Of a stretch of DNA of 64,000 bases, positions 1 to 12,420 are shown piece after piece. Both the position numbers and the translations under genes were made by a program. Below the pieces are notes generated by a model, which was not told the DNA's origin, did no database searches, and saw only the letters and a program-made list of their open reading frames with translations. Numbering within the stretch: position 1 is the first letter of the stretch; the number at the start of each line of letters is the position of its first letter. Where the stretch lies: contig OZ024741.1 of the NCBI GenBank assembly GCA_964016885.1, positions 167,834,001 to 167,898,000 on the forward strand, given 5' to 3'. The DNA is from Eledone cirrhosa. Its lineage: Eukaryota.

Positions 1-205
1 TGCATGCATTACACACACATACATATATACATACATATATACTTACATGCATACATACATACATACATACACAATCATACATGCCTCCACACACATATGT
101 GCTTACACAAACATACGCACATACATTCATAAACACATACACACACAAATATACATACGCATTCATACCTATATACATACACACTAACACACACACTACA
201 CACAC

Positions 206-288
<83 letters not shown>

Positions 289-350
289 TACATACCCACG
301 CATTCGTCTATACTTACACACACATATATAAGATATACACACAACACAGT
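1..350. repeat. Compound microsatellite (TACA)n/(CA)n/(TA)n/(GA)n
   Basis: Directly visible simple repeats; the overlapping ORFs are YI/HT/RE low-complexity artefacts. Confidence 0.95.
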
Positions 351-854
351 TGTTTTATACTACCATTAAAGTAGTGTGATTCATCAAGTGATAGTTATGA
401 AAATGATTATGATAAAATGGTATTAAATAGAGCCAGACAGATATCGATTAACTCTACAAAAATAGAAGAGAATAGTCTTTGCAGAGACACCAGTTCCACA
501 TTCCTACACATTTATGTGTTGCATATTCCATTCTGTCCATTCCATTCATTCTAGAATTAATATCATTTCTTCCTTGTAAGTTGTAAAGTAGTAGTGAGTG
601 ATGCACTATTCAAGCAACGAGTTGTTAACTCTTTTGATACCAAACTGTCTGAAAATCAGTTCTATGATACGTAGGTGTTTTTTTTTAACCCTTTCTTTAC
701 TATATTTTAAGTGAAATACACCATATGATTTTCAATTAATTTTGAAAATAATGAAGAATTTGTAGGGATTAATAATATAACTAACTTTTCTCTTAAGCTG
801 ATGTTTGTAACATAACATAAAGATTCTTACATAAAATCATGCAGTCATCATCAC

Positions 855-1530
855 ATGTACAAGATCAACAGGAGCAAGATCTGACTGCTCCAACTACCAA
901 GGAAAAAGTCTGTTCTTCATTGCACGAAAAATCTGTGCAAGTACAGTCCTGAATAGACTAGTGCCAACCATTGCATAAAAATACCAGCCAGAGAGCCAGT
1001 GTGGATACAGAGATAACAGGGTCTTTGTTCTCAGACAACTCCAAGAGAAATGCAGTGACTATAATAAAAGGGACTGTTCATGATGTTTTGTAAACCTTAT
1101 CAAATCATTTGACATTGGGAATAGGAGAGATCTATGGAGGATCATAGAATGCCCAGAATGAACCCCCCATGTCCTACTCAACATGGTCATCCAGCTAAAT
1201 GAGAATCAACAGGGCTATATTAGATTCAATTATGAGCTCTTCAAGCCCTTTCACAGAGAAAACAGAGTAAAGCTGGGTTGCTGTGCAAACACTTTTCCTC
1301 ATCTTCAGCATGGTGCTCATGAGAGCTACACAAGGCATTGATGATGAGGATGGTCTGGATGTCAGATACTGTACTGGTGGTAGCCTGCTTAATCTAGGCA
1401 CCTGCAATCCCACACCAAGACATTGGATCCACTCATTCGAGAATTACTCAATTACTCATCACCAAATACTACAGCCCTAGTTGCTCTCACTGAGTCAACT
1501 ATGCAGTATATAGCATCTTACTTTGCAGAG
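855..1530 (+). mobile_element. Decayed RTE (BovB-like) LINE reverse-transcriptase fragment
   Basis: Broken frames read roughly RSDCSNYQG, VLNRLVPTIA, PESQCGYR, VFVLRQLQEKC and LFLIFSMVL..DDEDGLDVRYCTGGSLLNL, which are typical of RTE RT. Many stops and frameshifts. Confidence 0.75.
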
Positions 1531-1681
1531 ATTGCACTTTCATAAATCTTCATTAGTGAAGTTAAGCCAAGATAATGACTTTCTAAACATTGGCAGGAGG
1601 AAAGATAAAGTTAATCTTGGCAGCTGATATAAATATTACTCTTAAGCTCTATCATTTCTGCAAAATGTATATATATATATA

Positions 1682-1860
1682 TCATCATCATCATCATCAT
1701 CATCATTTTACGTCCACTTTTCCCTGCTTGCAAGGGTGGGACAGGAACTGATTCTGGCTTGATTTCTACAGCTGGATGACCTTCCTAACACCAACCTCAT
1801 TTACAGTGAGTGCTGGGTGCTTTTTGCCGTGACACCTACACGACCACTTTGCAGTGGATG
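1682..1860 (-). mobile_element. RTE-3'UTR-related SINE/tail fragment ending in (TGA)n
   Basis: The gctggatg-ccttcctaacaccaacc motif and (cat)n tail are shared with the 3' end of the RTE at 53667-53900. Confidence 0.7.
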
Positions 1861-1879
1861 ATAGGGACTGGGGTCCATA

Positions 1880-2003
1880 TCATCTCATTTCTACAGCTGA
1901 GTAAACTGGAGGAATGTAAAGTAAAGTGTCTTGCTCAAGGAAACAACACATCACCCAGTCTGAGAATTGAACTCACAACCTTTCGATTGCAAGGCCAATT
2001 CTC
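1880..2003 (-). mobile_element. tRNA-derived SINE head (family B, partial)
   Basis: Reverse complement shows a B-box-like gagttcaattc followed by ccttgagcaagacactttac; similar to 52042-52313. Confidence 0.7.
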
Positions 2004-2025
2004 CATATATATATATGTGCCTCCA

Positions 2026-2094
<69 letters not shown>

Positions 2095-2196
2095 CAAGGG
2101 GTTGTAACGTGAAGTTACTGTAGGTACACCCAGGTGAGCACTCAATGTTTAGGTTCACATCTGTAGCGAGGTGTAGAGCTAGGCAGAGTGTAATAT

Positions 2197-2441
2197 AATA
2201 ATACAAGGACAATTTGTTAAACCTTCATTACGTTTATTGATTGGTGATGCACGTTTTGCTATTGATCAGCTCAAGGTTTGATCTGTATCGATCTGGCCCA
2301 ACTTTGCAGAGGTCCGACAACCTTTTGATTCCAAAGTCGGGCCAGATCGATACAGATCAAACCAGGAGATGATCAATAGTAAAATGCTCGTCACCAATCA
2401 ATAAACATAATGAAGGCTTAAAAAATCATCCTTGTATTATT
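2197..2441. repeat. Long imperfect inverted repeat (fold-back hairpin, ~110-bp arms, ~25-nt loop)
   Basis: aataatacaagga...gatctgtatcgatctggcccaactttg (2197-2306) is reverse-complementary to caaagtcgggccagatcgatacagatc...tccttgtattatt (2332-2441). Confidence 0.92.
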
Positions 2442-2627
2442 GGTGGTGGATTGGCAGTATCGGTAGAGGGTCGGACGCCATGCTTTGACGCAGAGTTACG
2501 GCCCTTGCCATGAGTTCAAATCCCGCCAAGGTTAACTTTGCCTTTCATTCTTACTGGGTTGATAAAATAAAGTATCAGTAAAGCACTGGGTAATTGCTGG
2601 CCTTGTGCCAAAAGTAGAAACAATTAT
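2442..2627 (+). mobile_element. tRNA-derived SINE family A (~190 bp)
   Basis: A-box-like tggcagtatcgg, B-box gagttcaaatccc, central ttgcctttcat..gataaaataaagta (resembles the Meta/Sauria-type SINE domain), tail gtagaaacaattat. More than 15 copies or fragments in the window. Confidence 0.9.
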
Positions 2628-2651
2628 ATATATATATATATATATATATCA

Positions 2652-2900
2652 CCATCATCATAATCATCTCCGTTTAATGTTTATTTTTTCACGCTAGCAT
2701 GGCTTAGATGAGTTGTCCCATTGTGAGACAAGCCAGATCAGCTGACCATGTCTTGCTCATACAGAACTGTTTCTGGCTTGCTTTCTATGGCTGGATGCTC
2801 TACCTAACACCAACCACACTGTAAGTGTGGACTGAGTGCTTTTTGTTGAGATACCTACATGACCACTCTACATTGTGGACTAGGCACTTTTGTCTTTGCA
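2652..2900 (-). mobile_element. RTE-3'UTR-related SINE
   Basis: Same motifs as 37790-38445 and 38620-38910 (gctggatgc..cctaacaccaacc; gaccact.tacattgtgg). Confidence 0.7.
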
Positions 2901-2904
2901 GGTC

Positions 2905-3315
2905 CACTGTACACAGTGCCATTGCTGTTCAATGTTCATACAATTTGCTCTTCATTTTGAGGGAAAAACCTTTTGTAGTTAGCAGTGTTAATAGCTCCTT
3001 GAGCTTTCTCAATCCTGTTCTCACTCTGGGTACTGTACATTTGGTTGTCCAGGTAAAGAAACTATCAACTACTTCTACCAAGCCTTCTGGGCATTTAAAG
3101 GAGCTAGTGGACTCTTGCTACTCATTTCACCTGTGCAATGACCACATATAAAACCTGCGTTCTTAGGTAGCCTAAATGAAATTCCACAACATCTGTTGTG
3201 TACCCATATTTTGCATTTGAGGTATAGGGTGAAATTTCTACCTACTCTTTTCTTGCACATGTTTCTGAAGGAATCTGAAGATAATGGAATGCGAGGACCT
3301 GTCAAAACATTTCTC
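2905..3315 (-). mobile_element. RTE LINE fragment (PHD-like Zn finger and C-terminal region)
   Basis: CKKRVGRN..CKIWVHNRCCGI..FICGHC, homologous to the ORFs at 45934 and 54473. Confidence 0.85.
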
Positions 3316-3439
3316 CAGTTCCACAAATTCTAAGTAGAGGGGTTTAATTTTAGCTGAGTACTTCTCCTGCAGTTGCCTCACAACAAAGAGGGCATTGGTA
3401 GTACTTTTACCTATATGTATACAATATATTGTATGAGGA

Positions 3440-3730
3440 TGAAAAACTCAGAGCTGTATGGGAGACTCCTAAAAGTCAGCTCAAAAGTGACACAGAGGAA
3501 ACTGAGGTTAGCTGGACATGCTCACCGACATCCAGAGTTGACATTGCACTCAGTGCTCCTGTGAGAGCCCCTACATGGACACACTGGAAGAGGAAAACCA
3601 AGGTTAACGTATGTTGATGCCCTAAGGACAGACACTGGTCTGTTGGAGACGCAGGACATGGCAGCGATAATGAGGGACAGAGACCGCTGGAGAGAACTTG
3701 TCCATGGATCTTGGGAATTTTACCTGCCCT
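3440..3730 (+). mobile_element. Non-LTR (RTE-like) ORF 3' end relic
   Basis: RKLRLAGHAHRHPEL..GHTGRGKPRLTYVD..MRDRDRWRE, a typical RTE C-terminus. Confidence 0.7.
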
Positions 3731-3779
3731 AGAAATATATATATATATATATATTGCAACGTTAACAACAACCACAATA

Positions 3780-3970
3780 ATAATAATTGTTTCTACTTTT
3801 GGCACAAGGCCAGCAATTACCCAGTTCATTACTGGTACTTTATTTTATCGACCCCGTAAGGATGAAAGGCAAAGTTAACCTCGGCGGGATTTGAGCTCAG
3901 AATGGCAAGGGCCATAACTCTATGCGTCAAAGCGTGGCATCCGACCCTCTACCGATACTGCCAAGCCCCA
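3780..3970 (-). mobile_element. SINE family A
   Basis: Reverse-complement copy of 2442-2627. Confidence 0.9.
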
Positions 3971-4210
3971 CAATAATAATAATAGAAATAGCAGGAAATA
4001 GCAGGAGCAGCAACGTTAACGATAGACAGGACAACAACAACAACCACAGTAATAATGGAAATAGCAGGAGCAGTAACTGTAACGATAGACAGGATTAACT
4101 ATGGGGATATAAAAGATACAGAAGCGAAAACCAAGCAAACAGTGAGTGTGTTCTGTTATTATTTCTGGCAATATTATTACAACAATAGGACCCTCCCCAA
4201 GTATAACAAT

Positions 4211-4241
<31 letters not shown>

Positions 4242-5469
4242 ATATATACATATAAATTTGGGTATGAATTGGGCATGTAGTTGCAATATAGCAGGTACTA
4301 ATTGAATTGTTTGAGACAATCACAAAGCACTCAATGGAGCGAGAAGTTAATATATTATCGTCCAGAGTAAACACAAAAGTTAATAAAATGTGACACCAAC
4401 AAAAACGACCGAAAGCAATGGCCATACATATATATATTAGCAGAAAATGCACACAGTTGCATCTCTACCCTGTCAGCTAACTTGCTGGCAGTGCAGTTTT
4501 GTGCATTAAGATGGTACTGCACTTGTGATGCTGGTTGGCGGAAAAGATTTGCTGATAGGTTTTTTGGTAGATGCATATGAGAGGATAACAAAACAAAGAA
4601 AGAGCAGGAAAATTTACAGTTGTCTTTTGACAAAGCAGAGATAAATACATGAAAAAGGTATGACTAGAAATAAATGAACAGACAAGAGGCATTAGAAATG
4701 GGAAAATTGTTGGTGAGAAAAAGAGTAGGAAAAAGCATGATTGTTGCTTACCAGAGTTCTAGGCTAAAAGACCAAATGAATGGCCTTGCAGTAGAGGTGA
4801 GAGGTACTCGGAGAAAAGAGGAAAAGTGGAAGAGAAAGAGAAATAGTGGAAGAGACCCATGTGACTATATAAAAATATAGGTTTATTAAATCAGATGGGT
4901 GTTGTTTTATGTAACTGTCCATTTTCTGTTTTTTCTGCTAATTCTATATTTATATCCATACCAACACACATTTGCTTTGATGGAACAGTTCCAGTCCTGT
5001 AGAAGACATTTCTGTGTGTATATATATGTATATTCTTTCCTTTGGCCCCATAACTCTGTGGAGAGATTGCAGCACTGTAGTGTCATACAGTGCTTCTTGG
5101 GCATTTTTTAAACCAAGCAGTTCTACTCTCTCTCTCTGGGCCTGAACATAATCTATTTTTTCTATAGAAGGAGAGAGAGTGATAGAGAGAAGAATAAACG
5201 ACTTTAGTATTAGACTGGTACTTCTTTTTATCAACCTTGAAGGATAAAAGGCAAAGTTGACCTTGGCTGGATTTGAACTCAGATTGCAGACGCAAAGCTT
5301 TCTATCTGATTTGCCTATATATATGTGTGTATATATATATACACATATATATATTAATAAAAGGAATTCCAACTTTGTCTGATTTACTCGTTTTATTTAC
5401 AATCCTCTAAAATTTATAATGGTATTAGAATGAAATAGTATAGTAGAATATTAAATGTTAAGTGTTAAT

Positions 5470-5508
5470 TGAACAAGTACTTTCATGCTTTCGCAATCTT
5501 CAGGTTCA
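5470..5508 (-). ncRNA. Hammerhead-like motif lacking stem II
   Basis: Minus strand reads UGAAC CUGAAGA UUGC GAAA GCAU GAAA GUAC UU GUUCA: both core boxes, a 5-bp stem I and a GNRA-capped stem III, but only 4 nt where stem II should be. Confidence 0.35.
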
Positions 5509-5786
5509 TGTTGTGTGGTGACGGCTATTTCTGGACTATATACCTTTGCTTTCTTTACCATATTATTCTGTATATGCTTAATACCTCTACATTCTTACTG
5601 TCTATGTACCACTAATGTCCTCATTTGCGAGTAACCTTCTTTTATACACTTTATTATACCCATTGCTTCAGACCACAACATCTTCACTCTTTGAATATAA
5701 CACTATTGATAGCAACAATAATATCAACATATCTTTATGATTGTTCTGTTGAATAGGAATTTAATTATGTGTTTAAACTTTGCCAA

Positions 5787-5833
5787 TGCTCCGATGATTC
5801 CAAACGGCTGTTTGGAAGAAACGATTGTCAGCA
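5787..5833 (+). ncRNA. Minimal type-I hammerhead ribozyme (U4C core variant)
   Basis: UGCU CCGAUGA UUCCAAAC GGCU GUUUGGAA GAAA CGAUUG UC AGCA: 8-bp stem II, GUC cleavage triplet, 4-bp stem I. Confidence 0.7.
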
Positions 5834-6009
5834 ATAAAATGTATTAAACATAGATTTGATTATTCTGTACTTTATATTCCTGCTCTGTAAGACATCTAAT
5901 TTATGTACATTGAGCTATTTTTCATACAGGTAATAAGGTGGTAAAAAATAAAAAAATACTGACCTTTCCTATTTATAATTATATATAGTTTATATATAAG
6001 TATAAATAT

Positions 6010-6048
<39 letters not shown>

Positions 6049-6559
6049 GGGAAAGCGGATGTTAAAATGACAATGATGATGATGATATATATAATTATAG
6101 ATCCTTGCATTACATAACTCATATGTGTGAACATTGAAGCATGTGATATCATCACTAAACTCTCTCATTTTCCAATAACAAGCATTATGAAACAGTTTTA
6201 ACAAGTTTTTAGGAGACAAGAAAAATCTTTTTGTAGAATTCCTTATTTTTGGCTTCAGATATATTTAACATTTACAGATCTGTTTTTCTGATTCATTTCA
6301 TTTTAACATCTTTACCTTTCTCCCCATCTCTCTTTCAGCATTCCACTTGGTTTAGTTTACGATCTACTTCTTAGAGAAACTGCAATGGCATACATATACA
6401 CATATATACTTATGCTGAGGCACAAACAGGCACATAAATACACATACACATATACACATGAAGTTATACATTACACAATATACATAATCAGACATGGACA
6501 TTCAAACATGCATAGATAATCACCTGAAATATTCTCATAGCCAATTTATCACTTACACA

Positions 6560-6751
6560 TATGTACACCATCACACATAAACCCACACACTAGATACACC
6601 ACACATTCACGCACATACTCATACCACACAATTCACATGCATACCCACAATCACACAATATATACACAATCACACTGCAGTCCCACACATTCACACAATC
6701 ACTTACACACATCATACATTCACACATACACAAATACACACCACACACACA

Positions 6752-6795
<44 letters not shown>

Positions 6796-6840
6796 TGCAT
6801 GTGCGTGCACACACACACACATAGTTTCATGCACACGCAA
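6560..6840. repeat. (CA)n-rich degenerate microsatellite
   Basis: Visible CA repeats. Confidence 0.9.
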
Positions 6841-7261
6841 TAATTGTAACTTGTAATTTTAAATTATGTGCCTTCTTCACCTCAGATAATAATTTTTACA
6901 TCTAGCTCAGCCTGATAAATTATCTTCAGTGATATGACATGTTTTAATAAGTCCTCCAATGCCAACCTCATTGCTTTGGTTACTAATCCAGGCACAACCA
7001 CTGACAATTCAGACTGATGGTTTCCTCTTTGAGGTTATTAAAAATATGGTAACAAAATTATATAAAGCAGTTTCTTCCATAAAACTGGATTTCTAAATTA
7101 AGACATAAGTTGAAAGTGAGTTCTTGCAAATACAAAGTTAGATTAAAAATTTCAAAATTAGATTTTACAACTTAAAAGGGAGAATTACAATTTCAATTTT
7201 AGGATAGTATGAAAAAATCTGACCATGATATTTTTAGAGAAGAACAGAGAGCATGAAATAA

Positions 7262-7480
7262 TATTGATTTCTGATTTAGGCACAAGGCAAATAATTTTTG
7301 GGGCGGGGAAAGTTGAGTAAATCAACCTCAGTGCATCACCGGTACTTTATTTTATTGACCCCGTAAGGATGAAAGGCAAAGCTAACCTAGATTGGATTTG
7401 AACTCAGGTAGTAAAAAGCTGTAACTCTATGCCATAAAGCATGTTGTCTGATGCTCCCCTGATACTGCCAATCCACTGCC
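7262..7480 (-). mobile_element. SINE family A (older variant)
   Basis: ggtactttattttattgaccccgtaaggatgaaaggcaaa...gatactgccaatccac. Confidence 0.85.
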
Positions 7481-9699
7481 CTTGTGACTAATATTTTCCA
7501 GTATTTTCAGGTGTAAGTACAACAATGGCACAGATCTATTATCACAATAATCTCTGAGCTGACTGCAAGCAATATTTGACATTTGGGTCTCCATTTTGTT
7601 CTGTTTAACATATTGTATTCTGCAACTGATAAATTCTTTCATCTGCATTTTGTCTATGAGCAGATACAATAGATGTTCTTGGCAAATTAAATCTAGTTTA
7701 TATTTTGTTTAAGTGACATGAGTTTACTATGAAATTGCTATTTTCACATTGAAGTGATATGTGCCCACTTTGAAATCATAATCTCACTTAGAACTGATAT
7801 AATCTTGCTTAGAATTACAAATACTGCAATTAAGGTTTTTTTCTGGGGGAAGCATGGCTTCAGTGTTGTACTGCTGGTTCTCATAAAGGAAATTGGATGG
7901 TGAAGAGATAAGAAGATGAGATGTTGAGGTAATAGGGTTGGGGAGGGGTGATGGAGGGGATGTTAATATTTTGTTTCATGTAGTAAACTTTTTAGTAATT
8001 GAGAAGTGTAATTAAGTAGAAAGCAACATTTGGAGGAGGATTGTAATTTTAGGAAAAAACTATGCATGTTTCTGCTTTTTTTTAAAGTTAAAATTAAGAG
8101 ATAGAACTAGAAAGAGGGATAGATAGATAGAGAGATAGTTAGAAAATGAGAAAGAGGGAGAAGGTGGGAGAAAGTGTAATAGAGATATGTGTGGAGTAGA
8201 GAAACAAAAGATGTGATTAAAAGGATTTTAAGGGTAGGGCAAAATGAAACAATTCCACAGAGGTGGGGTTGACTTTTTTTCATCAGATTCTAAAATCTCT
8301 TATCAATCAAGAAATGTGATCAATAGCATGTTTTAATTTTAAACAACGGTCATGATGAAATTTTAATGTTTTAGCTGAATTAATTGTTCCACTGGAAATT
8401 CAATTAAAATATTTAGAAGAAAAAAACAAAACAAAACAGTAGGCATGGTTGTGTGGTTTGGCAGTTTATTTTGCAACCACATGGCTTTCGATCCAGTCTC
8501 ACTGCATGGTGGCAGCTTGAGCAAATGTCTTCTACTATACAGGTGGTGGAACAGGGGGGAGGGGGGCGAGGCATGGTTCCCTCCAATAATTATATTTTTG
8601 TACATGTTGAAGGTTTTTATATCTTGGTTGATATTTGATAATATATCACATTAACCTTCATAATAAATTTTTTTGTCATGTCATAACTTTTTCTCCACAT
8701 ATCACTATTTGCCGATTGTTAGTATGTGTATTCAGAGACAGATTTCATAGGTCATTTTGCTATAATCACTTTATTATTATTGAAAGCTGTAAATGTAATA
8801 TGACCTGCTTAGACTCAAATTGCATTGCATTTTCTGACCATTTTAGAGTGCAAAGAGCCAATCTAATCACTACAATTAAATTGACCAAATGCCCCTCGCC
8901 CCCATTTAGAAATGCTTCCACCACCTCTGTACTATAGCTTCATGTTGACCAATGCCTTTGAGTAGATTTTGGTATATTGAAACTTCAGAAGCCAGTTATA
9001 AAACTATTTAAAACGACAACTGCAGCCTGATGATATCTCACATACCCATACCAGTAATTGGTGCAGGATGGTTGCTGTTTTGCTAGGAGTGTTGTGATCT
9101 GATTGTTACAGTCATTTGTGATATTTACTTTCTCTTGTGCTGTATGAACATGTTGAGTAGGGTCAAATGTAGGCTCATGGATTGGGGTTAGCTTGAGTTA
9201 ATGGATAGCTTTGGTTTGTTGTAGATTTATTTATGTTCAAGTTAAGGCAATTACCAGTCTTACTTACACACACACATATATATCATCATCATCATCATCC
9301 TCATCATCCTCATCATCACTAGATGGTTCGATGACAACATCCTGCTCATACATTTCTATTTGACATTGTCTCTATTGCTGGATGCTCTTCCAAACATCAA
9401 CTACTTTGCAGTATGTACTAGGTACATATTTGTGTCTAAACTGTTACTTGTAAAATCTTTGAAATTATTATTGTTTATTGTAGCACTTCTTAGCATAGCC
9501 TAGCAGATTTTCACTGTGTAGTGCATCCTGGATGCCATTTCCACCGACACACCTTGTGATGTCAACTTAGTTCATGGGAGTTATCACCCTCACCCTTGTG
9601 AAACAAACCTCCCCACACACTTTACAACTACATTATATAAATCATATCAGAAACATTAATAGGACATAATAGATTTATTGAAGAGTTGTGGCTACTGCT

Positions 9700-10320
9700 G
9701 ACACTGGTACTGGTGATGATTACAAACATCTAAGTGACAAACTGAGAGCACTGCAAGCTATGTACAGAGGAACTGTCAGTAAAGTGTGAGTAGGAAATGA
9801 GTTTAGTGAGTATAATAGCTAAAATAAGGATAAGTTGGAAGAAGTTTAGAGAATTACTGTGTGGAGTGTGATGCTGCATGGTAGTGAAACATGGGCTGTA
9901 ACTGTAGAGGGCATGTGCAGACTGGAGAGAAATGAAGCAACCATGTTTCATTGGATGAGCAATATAAATGCGAGAGAAAGGCAGAGTTTGGACAAGCTGA
10001 GGGAGAAGCTGGGTTTAAGGGAATCCATGATGGTGTGCAGGAGAGAAGACTGCACTAATATAGAGATGTAATGCAGATGCACATTGACCGATGGGTAAAG
10101 AACTGCCAGGAATTCCCAGTGGAAAGAAGCCGCAGTAGAGGATGACCAAGAAAGACCTGGGCAGATGTTGGGAGAGCTGACCTCAAATCGCTAAGACTGG
10201 CAGAGGAGATGATGGGGGAATGCGACAAGTGGAGTGATGCCATGCTGAGAAGGACCCGTCCAACCCGTGCAAGCATGGAAAGGCAGATGTAAAAACAATG
10301 ACGATGATAATGATGATATA
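9700..10320 (+). mobile_element. RTE LINE 3' end fragment with (ATG)n tail
   Basis: MLHGSETWAVT..RLERNEA.M.HWM, followed by caacccgtgcaagcatggaa..gatgtaaaa..atgatgat. Confidence 0.85.
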
Positions 10321-10429
10321 TCATTATCATCATCACCATCATCGTCTGGTTTAAAGTTAACATTGTGAGTACTAACACTGACAAATCCATAAGTGCAAGC
10401 ATCCAAAGCCCTAACAACACCAAGGCTGC

Positions 10430-11170
10430 AGCTGCAGCTAACATTTTTGGTTGATGTATGTCTGCCTTTAATTCTGCTACCCCTCTGATGCACCCTGTGT
10501 CCATATCTTTCACAGAAGATAGAATTGCTTCCAACACCAGATCGACAAACACCACAAGGCCACATTCCAGTCTCATTCAATTTGCTCAGGTGGGGCTACA
10601 AACTATGATTTTTGTCTTTTTCATGTCCACCTGCTGTCCCTTTTCATTCAAATTTGACTTCCAGCCTAACAGTTTTGCCAATAGTGCATCCAGACATTCA
10701 GCGATGACAACAAAGTCATCTGTATACAATAATCCCATGAGCACCCTGTTTAGAACTCATGAGATAGAGTCTCCAACATAATAATAAAGAGCAATGAGCT
10801 CAACACGTACTCTTAGTGCACACCAACTTCAACACTAAAGAAGTTACTATATTGGTTACCTACTCAAACCTTATTTCTTGCATTTACATAGATAGCACAA
10901 GCTGAACAACTTACTCATTGATGCCAAGCTTCCTCATTGCCCACCATAGTACTTTATGGGGCACTCTGTCGAATGCTTTTTCAAGGTTCAAAAAAGCAAA
11001 GTTTTACTGTATTTTTCTTGGAGCTGGCCCAAGATTAAGATAGCATCTGTTGTAACATGCCTCAGCATAAACCCATACTGCATATCATTGATGGAAATCT
11101 CACACCTTATTATTTTTTCTGTAATCCATTTGACTACCTTCATTACAAATTTGTACAAAACTGCAGCCCT
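10430..11170 (-). mobile_element. Decayed RTE RT/PHD fragment
   Basis: WPCGVCRSGVGSNSIFC..VHQRGSRI, plus degenerate RT motifs (MQYGFMLR, EKAFDRVP, LLYTDDFV). Confidence 0.8.
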
Positions 11171-11534
11171 TTAATGTACAGTGATGCATCTCTCTGAGGT
11201 CTGTACCCTAAGCATCTATCTCGTTGGCCTTAATGTTTCTGCCAGCTCTGTGTATGTGTTATGTGTGTTATTAACAGAAGGTTATGTAATCTTTCTGTCC
11301 AAGCCATTTATATAAGTTTTCATATTAAATCATTTCACTTTCTCGTGCTTCATTTCACTTTCTAGTGCTTCAGAGATTTTAATGAGATGATTTATGATAA
11401 TCAAATATCAGAAAATATAGACAGCATTTTAAATCTTTGAAAATGATTTCCTTTGTGTCTTAGTTTGCATATTCCATTGCCTATACTAACATCTATTAAA
11501 AAATAAAAAAAATACTACTGAGTGTTGGATACAA

Positions 11535-11880
11535 CACGGCTAAATGGTTAAGAAATTTACTTTGCAATCATAATGTCCTGGTTTCAATCCCACTATGTGG
11601 CATATAGGGAAAGTGTCATTTACCTTAGCTTCGAGTCAATCCATGCCTTGTGAGTGAAATTAGGTAAACGGAAACTACTTAGAGGTCTGTCAGATGGACT
11701 GTATCTGTAATTCAAAGGTCCAGCCTTATCACATACTCTATCACACTGAATCTCCCTGAGAATTAAGTTAAGGGTAAACATGTCTGGGAAATGCTCAGCT
11801 ACATACATGTTAATTTCATAAACAGGCTATTCTATTGATTGTATAATTGAAATACTCACTGTTGAAACCAACGTGTGTCT
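11535..11880 (+). mobile_element. tRNA-derived SINE head plus SINE body (family C)
   Basis: ggctaaatggttaag..gtttcaatccc head. The body ctgaatctccctgagaatta.gttaagggta.acatgtctg..gaaatgctcagc recurs at 31210-31330, 32440-32600, 32720-32830 and 38950-39010. Confidence 0.7.
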
Positions 11881-12157
11881 ATTCCATTTCATTCCATTAC
11901 TGAGGTACCTATACTTTGTTGCTCGACTGTTTAGTAATAGCAACCAAACACCCCTCAAATCCCACTCTGCCATCTCAAAATAAATAAATATGTAAACCAT
12001 TTTGGATAATTTAATCTTAGAAATGTCAGACGACAGGTGTGAATCTTATGGAGGAAATAAAGATTAGAAGTGCCAGGTAATTAATTTGTTTTATAAGATC
12101 CAGAACAGACACTGCTCTTATGATTCTGTCAATTCTCCATCCTCATGTAGTAAACTA

Positions 12158-12420
12158 ATAATTGTTTCTACTATTGGCACAAGGCCAGCAATTTCCAGTA
12201 CATTACTGGTACTTTATTTTATCGACCCCGCAGTAAACTAATAATGTTTTCTAATTTAAGAACACAATAACCAATTTGGAGAGAAGGAAAATTTAATAAA
12301 TTGATTTCAGTACTTAACTGGTACTTTATTTTATAGACTTTAGAAAGATATAAGGCAAAGTTGACTTCGATGGAATCTGACCTCAGAACATATAGAGCCA
12401 TAACTAAATACTTCAATGCC
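12158..12420 (-). mobile_element. Two adjacent partial SINE family A copies
   Basis: Two gtttcta...ggtactttatttt segments. Confidence 0.75.

Noticed and set aside
2442-2530. tRNA genes at SINE heads
   Set aside because: A and B boxes only; no cloverleaf, and each continues into a SINE body.
5045-5102. Hairpin gcactgta/tacagtgc as a hammerhead stem II (minus strand)
   Set aside because: Both core boxes are too degenerate and there is no convincing stem I or III.
6880-9180. Unique-looking stretches as exons (6885-7030, 7510-7680, 8640-8870)
   Set aside because: Stops in the splice-compatible frames checked and no recognisable homology.
9700-11170. Twin-priming inversion of one RTE
   Set aside because: The fragment order (3' part first, then the inverted upstream part) is wrong for twin priming; more likely two insertions.
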